Shown here piece after piece: positions 11,944 to 25,569 of a stretch of 64,000 bases of DNA (positions within the stretch are counted from its first letter, which is position 1; each line of letters starts with the position of its first letter). Where the stretch lies: positions 28,695,309 to 28,759,308 of the forward strand of contig NC_057719.1 of assembly GCF_004010195.1 (NCBI RefSeq), read 5' to 3'. The notes below the pieces were generated by a model. It was given only the letters and a program-made list of their open reading frames with translations, ran no database searches and was not told where the DNA came from. The stretch is from Chiloscyllium plagiosum. Its lineage: Eukaryota. The translations under genes were made by a program, and so were the position numbers.

Positions 11944-13224
11944 GCCAGACCAAATCTCAAAAAACAAAAACACTTTGAAAAGGTAGAAAGCCCTTTAAGT
12001 TATTAAATTTTGATAATTTTCAGGTGGGCAAAATATACTATACAGGTGGGATTTACACATGTTTTGCAGTGTTTAACTAAGTTACGCATATTTAATCAAC
12101 ACAGGTGGATGAGGGCAAGGAGAAATTTATATGATGGTTTTCAACTAATAGAGCAAGCATGTGTGGCAGCTGCAACAGAACTGTTCAGCAGAATGTTTTA
12201 GGGAGTCAAGAGGGCACATTTAAGGTATCAAAATAGTTGCCACCAACAAACGAGCATTAACTTGCTCCCAGTTTACACAAAATTTGAAAATTAAAATAAT
12301 TGATAAAACTGTATTTTAGTCCACCAACTGTACACTATTCGGCATGTTTACCTAGAACACATTTTCCTAATCATATCCCTATCACAAAACAACAGATGCA
12401 TGAAAAACTTTGTTATGATCTCAGCTGAAGTTATCACAGGCAAATCCGATCCTATATCAGATGCGCATAAGACCAGAAAATGGAGGAGCAGAAGGCCATT
12501 CAGCCCATTGAGTCTGCTCCATCATTCAATGAGATCATGACTGATCTGATCATTCTTGACTATACTTGTCTGTTTTTCCCCCCATAGCCCTCAATTCCCT
12601 TACTGATTAAAAATCTATCTCAACCTTGAATATACTTAACAACTGAATCTCATGTCAGATACAGATCCAACTGCAACTGAGACTTCTGCAAACCTGAAAC
12701 CAATGATTATTATCCCTTAGCCAAAAAAATTCTGGAACCTTTTAGCTGATAGCTAATGTTTCCTCTGTTTGTAAAACTCAATGAAAACAAAATGCCATCA
12801 CTCAAAGTCTCTCTCATACTCTCTCATATTTTTTAAATCATCATGGCTACAAAAATACTGACAAGTTACCCATTAAACCCATTTATAAACACAGACTAAA
12901 CCCATATACCAGTGGTGCTAAATCCAAACTCTAAAATAAACATTATTAAGTTACACATAAATCATATACTTTACATCACAACACATCTGTAAAGTTTTCT
13001 TCAAATCTACATGGTATCGTTCTGATGTGCTTTCTGTCACAGGGATCCAAATGCACACAGTATTCTGCTGTGATCTAACCAATGTCACTTCTAAATTCTT
13101 CACTTTGTTTTTATACTTAAATGTCTTCATATGGATAACTCACATTTAATTTTATTTTGCTCAAATACCTCTCTTTTGGGCCAGTTTCTTTGAGTTACGT
13201 TGGCATTTCCTGTTTAGAATAATA

Positions 13225-14200
13225 GAGGTCTATAGCAGGGAAAATGGCCAGCCAAGAACAACCACCTAACTATTCTAATCACATTTTCTAGCACTTGGCT
13301 CACAGACCTGCATGTCTTGGCATCACAAAGGCTTCTTAAATGTAATGAGGTTTCTGCCATCACAATCCTTACAGCAGTAATTCCAGACTCCCTCCCTGCC
13401 TCTAGGTGAAAACATTTTTCCTCCTAAACCCTTAAATCTTCTGTCCCTTAACTTAAATTTCTGCCCCATAGTCACTGATTCCTCCACCAAAGGGAAACAT
13501 TTCTTCCCATCTACCCTATCTATGCACCTCATAATTGTATATATCCCAATCACGTCTCCTTTGCTCCAAGGAAAATAATTCCAATCTATGGAATCTCCCT
13601 TCACAACTAAAGTACTCCAACCCAGGCAACATCCTGGTAAATGTTCTCTCTATGCTCCAGAGCACAATCTCAATCCTCCTATAATGTGGATTCCAGAATT
13701 GCACACAATACTGTAGCTGTGGCCTAATCAACATTTTATACAGTTTCAGCATAACCTCTCTGCTCTTCAACTCCATGCCTTGACTAAAGAAAACAAGTAT
13801 AGCATACGCCTTCTTAACCATTTTATCTACCTGTCTTGCTACTTTAAGGGACTCGTAAACATTCACATAAAGGTCCCTCTGATCCTCTGTGGGTCCTACC
13901 ATTCTTCATGTATTGCCTTCTCTTGCCCTTGTGTATCACTTCACACTAATCCAGACTGAATTCCACTTGCCATTGATCAGCCCATCTAACCAGTCTATTT
14001 CCTCCTGTAATCTAAGGCTATCCTCCATTCACCACCCCACCAATTTTCATATCATTCATGAACTTACTGAGTGACCCTCCTACATTCAAATCTAAATCAA
14101 GCTATATAAACCAGAACAACAATGGCTCCAAGACATCCTGCAGGACCCCATTAGACACATACTCCCAGTCAGAAAAACATCCCCTGACCATCACCCACTG
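13225..14200 (-). mobile_element. CR1 LINE 3' fragment
   Basis: ORF 13516-13902 contains LIRPQLQYCVQFWNPHY (CR1 ORF2 C-terminus); multiple frameshifts. Confidence 0.9.
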
Positions 14201-14444
14201 TGTTTTGTATTACTGTTGCACATTACCCCATATCAAAGATACCTGACATCAGGACCTGATCAATGTCAAGACAAGTCCTGCTCCAGGAACACATGATAAT
14301 TTATATATCATTTTCATAATTAGGAACATAAGTATTCCTAGAATCCATACTGAAACAGGACAGCTGTGATACCAGGGTTAACCTGTTAATTATCCCATTC
14401 ATTAATGCTCAGAATACACAACAGGCCCATCAGCATCCTGTGAA

Positions 14445-16450
14445 GGCAGTGGCATAGAGGCAATGTCAATGGAATAGTAATCTAGAAGCTAAGGCTAATG
14501 TTTTTAGAACATGGCTTTGAATTCCATCATGGCTGATGATGGAATTTGAATTCAATGATTTAATTATCAATTGAATTAAAAGTTGGCCTCTCGACAATCA
14601 TGTAACTGTGTTAACTGCATCAAAAACCCATCTGGTTCACAAAGTCTGCTATGGAAGGAACTCTGAAATCCTTAACTGCCAGCCTTGTTTACATGCAAAT
14701 TTCAGACCCACAGGAATGTTCATTCCTAAGTACTCTCTAAATAGGCCAACTAGCCACTGAGTTATATCAAGCCATCATGATGTCCAAACAAAGAAATGAA
14801 ACCAGAAGGAACATTAGTATCAATCTATGCACTGGAAATGATGTCAAATTCAGCCTTGTTGACTCTTCAAATTCCTCCTTACCAACATCTGGGGCTTATG
14901 TTGGGAAATTGGGAAACCTGCCCTTAGAGTAGTCAAGCAACAGCCTGACATGGTCACACACCCAGAATCATACCTATAGACAAGATCGTAGACACCATCA
15001 CTATGATTACTAGGTACAGCCTGTCTAACTGCCAGGACAAACCCACCAGAGAATAGCAATACGGTCATACACAATTCAGGAAGAGTTGACTGAAGAATCC
15101 CAATTTTGACTGTGCATCTCATGAAGTCTCATGGCATCAGGCCAAACATGAGCATGGAAACCCTATATTGACTGTCACCTAACACCTATCCATAGGTTAA
15201 TGCATCATTACTGCTCCATACTGAACAGCAACTGGAGGAAGCACTGGGGGTGACAAGATCACAGAATGTATATTCATTGGGGAACTTCAATTTCCATCAC
15301 CAGGATTGACTCTGGTGACTATTACCGACCAAGGTGTTGAATCCTAAAGGATGTAGCTACTATACTGGATCTGTGGCAGGTGGTGCCACAACTAATAAAG
15401 GGGAAAATTTACTTGGCTTCATCCGCATCAATCTACTGTTGCAGATGCATTTATCTGTGACGGTATCGAGAAGAGTGATCACTGTAGGTCCTTGTGTAAA
15501 CAAAGTGCCAACTTCACATTAAGGTTCCCCTTTATTGTGTTGTGTGGCACTTCTACTGCGCTCAATGGGACAGACTTCAAACAGGTCTAGTAACTCAAAA
15601 CTAGGCATTAATGAGGCATCGTGGGCCATCAGAAGCAGAATTTTATTCTCAATCTGTAACCTCATGGTCACACAAAATCATAGAATGCTTACAGTGAGGA
15701 AAGAGGCCATTTGGGCCATTGAGTCCGTACTGACCCTTCGAAGAGCATCCCATCCTATCACCATAACCCTGCATTTATCATCCCTAACCCACATAGCCTG
15801 CATATCCCTGGATACTAAGGACAACTTAGCATGACCAATCCATCTAATAATATTATTAGACTGTTGGGGGAAACCTGTGTAAACACACAGACAAAACACA
15901 AACTCCACATGGACAGTCGCCCAAGGCTGGAATCAAACGCTGGTCCCTGGCATTATGGGGCAGCAATGTTAATCACTGAGCCATCGTGCCACTTTACCAT
16001 TGCCATCGGGCTGGAAGATTAACCGTGGTTCAATGAAGAGTGCAGGAAGCTAGGAGCAAAACCAGGTGCTCCTAAAAATGTGGTGTCAGCCTTATGAAGG
16101 TATACCACAGGATCACTTAAATGCAAAGCTACATAAGCAGCATGCAATCGACAGGGCTACACAATTTAATAAGATATAAGCTCTGTAGTCCTAGCACGTA
16201 GGCAATCCACAAATGTCTGTATCTTCAACGATGGGGGAGCTCAGCACATAACAGCAAAAGACAAGACCAAAATATTAGCATCCATCTACTGCCAGAAATG
16301 CTCAGTAGATGCTCCATCTTGGACTCCTCATAAGCAGCATTCCCTCTCATTGTTATTTCCTAATGCATGGACTCTGTTTGTGTGTCATAATGGCTTTTTC
16401 ACAGATTAGAAGGAACACTGCTCAAGGTCTCTCCCATCAGATGTGCTAGT
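14445..16450 (+). mobile_element. Old LINE 5' half: tRNA/SINE-like 5' end followed by decayed APE endonuclease coding sequence
   Basis: Decayed TNIWGL…VKQQPDMVTHPESYL (14881-14975), ggggaacttcaatttccatcac (resembling GDFNVHH), agtgatcac (SDH) and ccgtggttcaatgaagagtgc (PWFNEEC). Confidence 0.7.
15676..15991 (-). mobile_element. HE1-like V-SINE inserted in the old LINE
   Basis: Homologous to the other HE1 copies (aaactccacatggacagtcgcccaaggctggaatcaaac). Confidence 0.85.
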
Positions 16451-17779
16451 CTTCAACTAATTCAATTCAAAAGAAAATATTTCAAAGACTCCCTGAAGAC
16501 TTCCTTCATGAAATGCAACTTTGGTGTCAACGCATGGGAGATCTTGTACAGAAGAAATTAACCTGGAAAAAGCTCCTGTAATAAAGGGACGCAGTTCTTT
16601 TCAGAAAACCTGTCAACAGAAGTATGAAAAAGGAACTGCAGAAAGGGATGTCAGCAACTCTAAAGCCAGAAACACTTACAGATATGCAATTAAAGTTGGC
16701 CTATCCAGGGTTGCCCACATCTTTAAACAAATTTTTTAAATCTGTACAGAGAGGTGTAAAAATATTAAAGAAATCAAAATCTTAACTTTTACTGAAGTCA
16801 GTGAAGAGACTGCCTCCCACTACCTAGAAAAAGTTTCTGAACTGGAAAGGAGAGCACAGGAAAGGCACAGAATGGCAAATGAGAGACAGGTAGAGATACA
16901 CACATAGACATGCACACGCAGAAATCAGTGAAATTATACGTGTGAATTTTATAGTATTTCTGTTACATTGAAAGGTTAAATTTTAGTTTGCATTTTGTTT
17001 CAGCTATAGGTTCACAGCACTGCATATGTACAGTATTTTAGCTTGCACATCGATTAGCCAGAGCAAGAAAATGTCCAGAGTAATTTAACTCTGGCTGTAA
17101 CAAGGATTTCTATACAAAACGTCAAACTCATTTATGCCATTCTACTTAAAATAGTAATTTCAAGTATGGAATTGGAACATTAAATGTGCACAATCTTGTA
17201 CACTCTTCCTAATCACATTTGCCATTTTTGAAAAACCTTTTCCATTTGCAATTAAACATATGCATTTCTATTGCTTCATGCTCAAGACCATTGGGCATTT
17301 TTACATATGTTTATGTAATTATTTCCAGAAAATGTTTAGCCTTAAATCTGTTTAAAATACTAAGCGGCATGTACTTTTGCAGTCTTAAAAGCACTGCCAC
17401 CTTCCAAATCCATACTTACCTTTCTTATATGCTTGGATCTCTCAGTCAGGATTCCCACTTCCGCCACAACACTGAAACAGCCCTAATAAAAGCCATAAAC
17501 TACATTGCCTGTTATCGTGACATTAGTATACAATTCTTCCTAATTCTTCTCAACTAGTTTGCAGCCCTTGACATTAAGCAGACCATGTTTCTCAAATGCC
17601 AATCTGTATTATCCAAGTGAATGAGACCGCAATTATTTGACTCTACTGTTGCCTATCCACCCTTAGCCAGAGAATCTCCTGCTATGACTTCTTATTTGGT
17701 CTTTAGAGTTACCTCTGGAATTCCCCGAAAAATATGCATGCACCATTTCTACTTTCAATCTACCAATGACAATATTTTA

Positions 17780-20600
17780 AAAATTCTTTTGTGACATGCT
17801 AGTATCACTGGCAAGTTCAAAATTGACAGTCTTCCTGAATTGCTTTCAGATGGTGCTAAGCTGTCTTCTTGAACTACCATATTACATTTGATGTAGTTGC
17901 TGTTAGGGAGAGTGCTTCCATGATTATAACCCAATGACATTAAAGGGTCTGCAATGTGGATCCAGTTTCCCACTAGGTAAAAGAAGCTGTGGGTTTAGAA
18001 GGTGCTGTTGAAGAATCCTTTGCAAAATACTGCGCTGAATCATGTAGATCGCATATTATTCTACCACTGAGTGCAGTGGTGGAGTGAATGCTTATCAAGT
18101 AGACTATATTATCGAGGAAAGTGTCAAGCATCTCAAATGTTGCTGGAGTTGCACTCATCCAGACAAGTGGAGAACAGTCCATCACACTCCTGATGTACAC
18201 TTTGTAGAAGGTGGATAGTCATAGAGATATACAGCACGAAAACAGACCCTTCGGTCCATCTCATCGATGTCAACCATATATCCTAACCTAATCTAGTCTC
18301 ATTTGCTAGCACTTAGCCCATATCCCTCTAAACCCTTCCTATTCATATACCCATCCAGATGCTTTTTAAATGTTCTAACTGTACTGGCCTCTACCACTTC
18401 CTCTGGCAACTCATTCCATACACACGCCACCCTCTGCATGAAAAAGTTGCCCCTTAGGTCCCTTTTAAATCTTTCCCTTCTCATCCTGAACCTATGCCCT
18501 CTAGTTCTGGACTCCACCAACCAGGGAAAAGACCTTGTCTGTTTATCCTATCCATGTCCCTCATAATTTTATAAACCTCTATAAGGTCACCACTCAGCCT
18601 CCGATGCTCCAGGAAAAACAGCCCCAGCCTATTCAACTTCTCCCTATAGCTCAAATCCTCCAAACCTGGCAACATCCTTATGAATCTTTTCTGAACCCTT
18701 TCAAGTTTCACAACATCTTTCCGATAGGAAGGAGACCAGAATTGCACGCAATATTGCAAAAGCGGCCTAACCAACATCCTGTACAGCCGCAACATGACAT
18801 CCCAATTCCTATACTCAATGCTCTGACCAATAAAGGAAAGCATACCAAATGCCTTCTTCACTATCCTATCGACCAGCAACTCTACTTTCAAAGAACTACG
18901 AACCTACACTCCAAGGTCTCTTTATTCAGCAGCACTCCCTAGGACCTTACCATTAAGTGTATAAGTCCCAAAATGCAGCACCTCAGCCCATTGGCCTATC
19001 TGATCAAGATCCTGTTGTAATCTGAGGTAACCTCCTTCGCTATCCACTACATCTCCTATTTTGGTGTCATCTGCAAACTTACTAACTATACTTCCTATGT
19101 TCACATCCAAATCATTTATATAAATGATGAAAAGCAGTGGACCCAGCATTGATCCTCGTGGCACACCACTGGTCACAGGCCTCCAGTCTGAAAAGCAACC
19201 CTCCACCACCACCCTCTGGTCTTCTACCTTCGAGTCAGTTCTGTATCTAAATGGCTAATTCTCTCCGTATTGCATGAGATCTAACCTTGCTAACCAGTAT
19301 CCCACGGGGAACGTTGTCGAACGTCCATATAGATCACGTCTACTGCTCTGCCCTCATCAATCCTCTTTGAAGAAGTAACAAAAAACTCAATCAAGTTCGT
19401 AAGACATGACCTTCCATGCACAAAGCCATGTTGACTATCCCTAATCAGTCCTTGCCTTTCCAAATACATGTAAATCCTGTCCCTCAGGATTCCCTCCAAC
19501 AACTGATGTCAGGCTCACTGGTCTATAGTTCCCTGGCTTTTTCTTACCACCTTTCTTAAATAATGGCACCACCCAACCTCCAGTCTTCCAGCAACTCACC
19601 TGTGCCTATTGACAATATAAATATCTCAGCAACGGGCCGAACAATCACTTCCCTAGCTTCCCACAGAGTTCTAGGGTACACCTGGTCAAGTCCTGGGAAC
19701 TTATCCACTTTTATGTGTTTCAAAACATCCAGCACCTCCTCCTCTGTAATATGTACATTTTTCAAGATGTCACCAAATATTACCCTACATTCTCTATCTT
19801 CTATGTCGTCCTCCACAGTAAACGCTGATGCAAAATACCCGTTTGGTATCTCACCCATCTTCTGCGGCTCCACACTTAGGCTGCCTTGCTGATCTTTGAA
19901 GCTCCCTATTCTCTTACTAGTTACCCTTTTGTCCTTCATGTATTTATAAAAACCCTTTGGATTCTCCTTAAGCCTACTTGCCAAAGCTATCTCATGCCCC
20001 CTTATTGCCCTCCTGATTTCCCTCAAGTATACTCCCACTGCTTTTGTACTCTTCTAAGAATTCACTCACTCTCTCCTGTCTATATTTGTCATATGCTTCC
20101 TTCTTTTTCTTAACTAATTTCTCTAGTCATCCAGCATTCCCTACATCAGGAGACACATGTCTTCGTGCCAAATCTCCAGCCTCCAAACAATGTTGGTACT
20201 AGTCAATAATAACTTCCAGGATATTGGTGCAGCATTCAATAAAGCCCATGCTGTTATGGGCATATAGTTAGATTTTTTTTCTCATTTGTGATGGCAATTG
20301 CTGGGGCCTTTTCTAGTGCAAATGCTACCTGTCACTTATGGGCTCATGCCTGAATGCTTTCCAAATCTTTCTGCATGTAGCATGAGTATGTAAGGAGTTG
20401 CAAATGTTACTAAACACTGGTATGATTAGCAAACATTCCTGGTTCTGACCGGATGTTGGAGGGAAAGTCAGCAATATGAAAAATTAGCTGAAGATGGCTA
20501 AAGCCGAGGACAAAGCCCTGAGGAACTCCTGAGGTAATGTTGTATGGCTGAGATGATATGCTTCCAACAATCACAGCCTTCTTCCCCCGACCTGATTTGA
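17780..20600 (-). mobile_element. Old CR1-group LINE 3' portion, split by a younger CR1
   Basis: ORF 20410-20655 has ITSGVPQGFVLG…MFANH (RT motifs); ORF 17973-18200 has IRSVMDCSPLVWMSA. Confidence 0.7.
18217..20145 (-). mobile_element. CR1 (HER1-like) LINE, 5'-truncated ORF2
   Basis: Consecutive frameshifted ORFs with QHGFVHGRSCLTNL, VTSGVPRGSMLGP, SKFADDTK and YCVQFWSP; 3' tail ends in ctctatgact. Confidence 0.95.
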
Positions 20601-23512
20601 ATTTCATAACTCTTCCATTCCCAATATTGCCTATTTTCATCTTATATATCAACATTCTCTGCCCCTACTGAAGCCTTTTGCTTCTGAAAACTTCATCCCT
20701 GCTTTTCTTATCTCTGTTTTAGATATTCTAATACTCTCTAAGTTGGCCTCCCATTTTCCACCCTGCATAAAATTGAGCTCACCCAAACTTTGCTCTTGAC
20801 ACCCTAACTAACACCATATCTCATTCACTCCATTTCTAGTGGCCTACATCTAATCTCTACCCACCAAAGACCCCATGTTAAAACTCTGGTTTTATTTGAT
20901 ACTAATTTAGTTTTATTATACACCACCTCCTTAAACTAAATTTCTGATATGATCCCATTAAATCACCATGAGACATCAAATTTAGCTGCAACCCTTTTAA
21001 TGCCTGGTTATTTATTTTAAATCAACATGTAAAGACATTTGTGGAACAAGTGGGCCTTGAAGCCAGGCTTCCTGATCAGAGGTGTGCCACACGTTCCCCT
21101 TTTGGCCTGGTTAATCTGATTTTTAATCAGCTTATTATTTAACCAAATCTTTTTCTATTGAAAATCAACTGTTTTAATTTTCAAATCAATCTCAAGTAGG
21201 CTCACTCTCTTCCCTTTATTCTAGTGCAAAACATCTTCTGGCTCAGGGCTTTCTTTATCTATCCTCTTACATTGTGATGTGAAAAGTCTTTCCTCTTTAA
21301 CATTTATATGACAATACTATGGTAATAAGTTCCTATTTTGCTCTTGGTATTATGCTACAAATGCAGTTTAGTCATTTTAAATATATGCACTAGCACATTC
21401 ATTATAATGTTACTTTGTACTAGTTCATTCACTGTCTTCCTTTAGATTTAAGGAAAATAAAAAAAAGATGCACTTATGTTCTATCTCACCAGACACCAGA
21501 GTATTTTTTTCTACGGTATTTGAACATTGCAGATATCATCTGGTGTATTTTTAAGCAAATCCGTTTTAGATCATTCCCTCACATTTCGATTACCCTGAAC
21601 ACATTCAAAGTTTCTCATGACAGATGAGATTTCAATCTAGTTTCACAAAAAATAATTAGACAAACTTGGCTTAATTTTTTTTTAGGTCTTACATATATTA
21701 ATACACTAAAATTAAATTCAAAACTAAAGAAACAATGGGTGGAATCCAGCTCATCACAGTGCAAACCATGCCAATCAGGGCAAACCCGATTGTGGGAAAG
21801 GCCCCACGTCAGTCTCCAGATTGCAGCAAAATCACCTGTTTTAAGTCAGACAGCAAAAAGAGCATTTGCAGGATTCCCTGTTGACAAATGCTGGGAGGTC
21901 AATTGCAAAAAGTAATGAGACAAAGTAATGACATCCATTATTCTTGAACCCACAACAATCAACATTTGGTCAGGAATTAAATTATAGATGCATGGTGTTC
22001 ACGAAAACCATCTAACTACTCATGTCAGTTTGACTTGTGGCCTTCTAGGGTGGAGGCTCTAATGTCACAAACATTTGTGCCCAACACTTAGCATTGGGAG
22101 GATGCTGAGAGATAACCTCATCCCCAACCCACGATCCCCAGCCTATCTTCACTAAACATAGCAAACTTGGGCCTCTCTGAATGCACTGTCTGCTATTGTC
22201 ATCACCCCACTGGCACCGACGGCAATGAAGGAGTTGTCAAATCTGACTGGTTGGCAACTTTCAGCAGTTGGAACTTCCAACACCTGCGTTCCAAATCTTA
22301 GGACAGTCCCAACAGCCATTTAAAAAGCTGATGGGATCCACTTCAGACCAATTAAATCCCATTCAATTGAAGTTCTTAGCTGCATATGATAACACATCAT
22401 GTTTTACAAAGCAGTCGATATACAGGCATATCCTTTAATAGAAAATTCACAGCAAATTTGCTCTTCTCTAATACTGGTTAATAAAAATGCTGAAGTTTCA
22501 TTCTTATACATATACATATTTTAGTTCCATCATTTAGTATCATACATGAATTAGAACCTTTTGCAGACAATGTAATAAAGTAGTTGGCATCTCAGTTTTA
22601 GATAACTATATCACAGAATTATTATGAAGCAGGAGGATGCCATTTGGCCCTTCCTGTCTATTCCAGCTCTTCTAACAAACATGACTTTATGCCATTCACC
22701 GACATTTACCCCATATCCTTGCATATTATTTGAATAGAAAAAAAGTCATCCAACGCACTCCAGAATGCCTCAACTGACTCTACCTCCACCACCCTTCCAC
22801 AGGCAGTGCATTTGATACCAATCTACTTGTGTGAAAAACTTTTACCTCACATCACGTTTGCTAAAAGAGAGAGTTGCAATTGAATCGTCTCCTTTGGCTC
22901 CAAGAAAACAATGAACAGTCAATTTCAAAGTAACATATAAAACTGATGCATTTCATGATGTGTTTAGAATATGCCAGCTTTCAACATTTCTGCTCATTGA
23001 GCCAATTCTAATGAAGAGTGTTAAACAAAACTGAGTTAAAAATATAGCTACTCTATTTCATATCATTTTATTCCATTTGGTTAAGAAAACACAGACCTGT
23101 CAGTGATGATAAGACACAAGAAAAAGCTTGACATAAAAATTACAGTAAATGAAATAAATGAAAGCGCAAAGAAAATTAGAAAATTAATTGACCTACTGTA
23201 TATACTCGATTAATAGTCAAACTTTTTTGACTACTTTTTAAAGTTAAATTTATGGAGTCTACTATTACATGGATACTCCTTTTGAGCGGCTGAAATTCTT
23301 GCCTGTCAAAATTCATACCGTAATCATTTGCAGAAGCCCAAATGATCTCCAAACAAACAAATAAAAATGACTCATAGTAATTCTGAAAATTCGGAGTGGG
23401 ACAAAACAGCCATTGGACTGGACAACCGGGAGCACAGCAGAACAACCGGCATACTGGAAAACTGGAGCGGGATGTGATGGCCGTCACACTGACTCAAACG
23501 TTGATCTGTTAC

Positions 23513-23707
23513 AGAGTCATAGAGATGTACAGCATGGAAACAGACCCTTCGATCCAACCCGTCCATGCCGATCAGATATCCCAAACCAATCTAGTCCCAC
23601 CTGCAAGCACCCGGGCCCATATCCCTCCAAACCCTTCCTATTCTTATACCCATCCAAATGCCTCTTAAATGTTGCAATTATACCAGCCTCTACCACTTCC
23701 TCTGGCA
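23513..23707 (-). mobile_element. CR1 (HER1-like) 3' tail fragment
   Basis: Near-identical to 35116-35310. Confidence 0.92.
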
Positions 23708-25569
23708 TCTGTGAAGAACTATGGTTGACTTTTACATGAGATATCTGGAAAATTCCAGGTTATTTGGCCAAATATAGGCGGTCGACCTTTGCATGAGATC
23801 GACTATTACTAGAGTATAACAGTAAATAAAATTATAGAAGTTCTCACCTGAGCCAGTCACATTTATTTCTGAGGTCAAGCCATATTTCAGTAAAATAAAC
23901 CTGTTTTTATACTGGTTTATCAACATATTAAAAAGTGAATTTTTTTCATTGAGCCACTACTTTTGGACCAGGGAAATCTGGTATTCTCAGTTTCTTAGTG
24001 GGAACTGTCCTAAAGGGAACCAGGCCTTAGACTCTCACATTTTCTACAATAAGGCTGCAAGGAGCATATGTTCATATGGATGAAATCATTAATTAAATGT
24101 ATTACATTATAATGTTACATTGTTAAATACCCATGATTTTCCCATCTTTACCTTTGCATTCAATACCCATATTTATAACCAAGATGCTTTAGTACGTTTT
24201 ATGGCTTTAGCTAACTAAGTTACCAACACCTTTTATGTGCTATAAAAATACTCTCAAATGCAACCTTTAAAAAGTTTCAAATTAAACACAAATCAAACGT
24301 AATGCTCAAGAATTGAGTATTTGTGATGTAACTGAATCATTATTATACAAAGTAAAACTTTATTGTCTAATATGCGCAATGATTAAAGTTTGTATAACAA
24401 ACATTACTAATTGAAATGGAGAGAAATAAGGACACAAAGTAAGAATATCCATTAATTATCAATCTGAATAAAAATTACAAATAATGTCTTACACACAAGT
24501 TACTAAATTACAACCTAACACAGCTTAATTTCATTAGGATTATTCTCCAATCAACCTTCTTAAATGGAAAATGGCATGAAGAAATAGACAATACCTTGAC
24601 CAAAAACAGAAGTTAACAATGATTTTCACTCCTCCAGCATGAAACACACCTTAATTTTACCAAATACGGCTTGACCTCAATTGTGAAGTATGATGTAGAT
24701 CAAGATACAGCTCATTTATCAGCCACCAATTTCTTTATAATGTATTCAGTCCTAGGATACTGCCTTAGATATTCTATACGGAGATGGTTAGCCTCCCAGA
24801 AACACAATTATCTTTCATTCTGCCAGGTATGACTACAGTTTCTAACACCCTCCTAACCATTTTCCAATTACGTGAATTTTGCTGGGATTCCTTTGTCAAA
24901 ATGCTATCTTAATATCAAAGCTATTGACTTGTCAGGACCACATTACGCATGTTCTCAAAGTGGTCTGTGAATTATGAATTTATGTAATATTAAGTTTTGT
25001 TTGCGAATGCTCCAATTAAACAATAACCAGCAGCAAACATTTTAATGTTAGACAAGAATAAAAGTTAGTTTATTATATAACCATTGCTGAAAGCTATATG
25101 TAAAACAGTGATAGTTATTACCTAAAATACAAAGATTAAAAAAAAACAGGCATAATTAAAAGAGGTTTATAAACGTGAAAATAAGATTGATCTATTATGG
25201 TTATCCTTCCACATGCTGGTTTCATTAAAAGCTTTGAATTCTCACATCTTCAGAAGGCCCCACTGTGTTGTCAAAAGGTTAGTCAAATTCTAAATGTCTC
25301 CGTTTATGCTTGATGCCAAGGTTACATGTCAGTCTATGTCCGTCTTTCTGGCTGAAGTGAATCATTGGTGGACTTCACATGTCTCTTGGAAGCCATCCTT
25401 TCAGGCTCCTTCTGCCTATTTGGAATAGAAGTTTTTTGTCAGGGGTTGGAGCAGAACTATAATGTAAAGTTTGGAGACAAGTGGCCCTGGTAACAGTTAA
25501 ACTCAACAATCAGTGAACATAAGAACTAGAAGCAGGAGTAAGCAATTCAACTCCTCGAGCCTGTTCCCC

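Larger units (their letters stand above)
17400..20900 (+). mobile_element. L2-like LINE remnant (outer layer of a nest; pieces at about 17400-17775 and 20600-20900)
   Basis: HFRHNTETALIKAINYI resembles the L2 motif GFRxxHSTETALxKVxND; ttctcaactagtttgcagcccttgaca resembles LLDLSAAFD. Confidence 0.6.
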
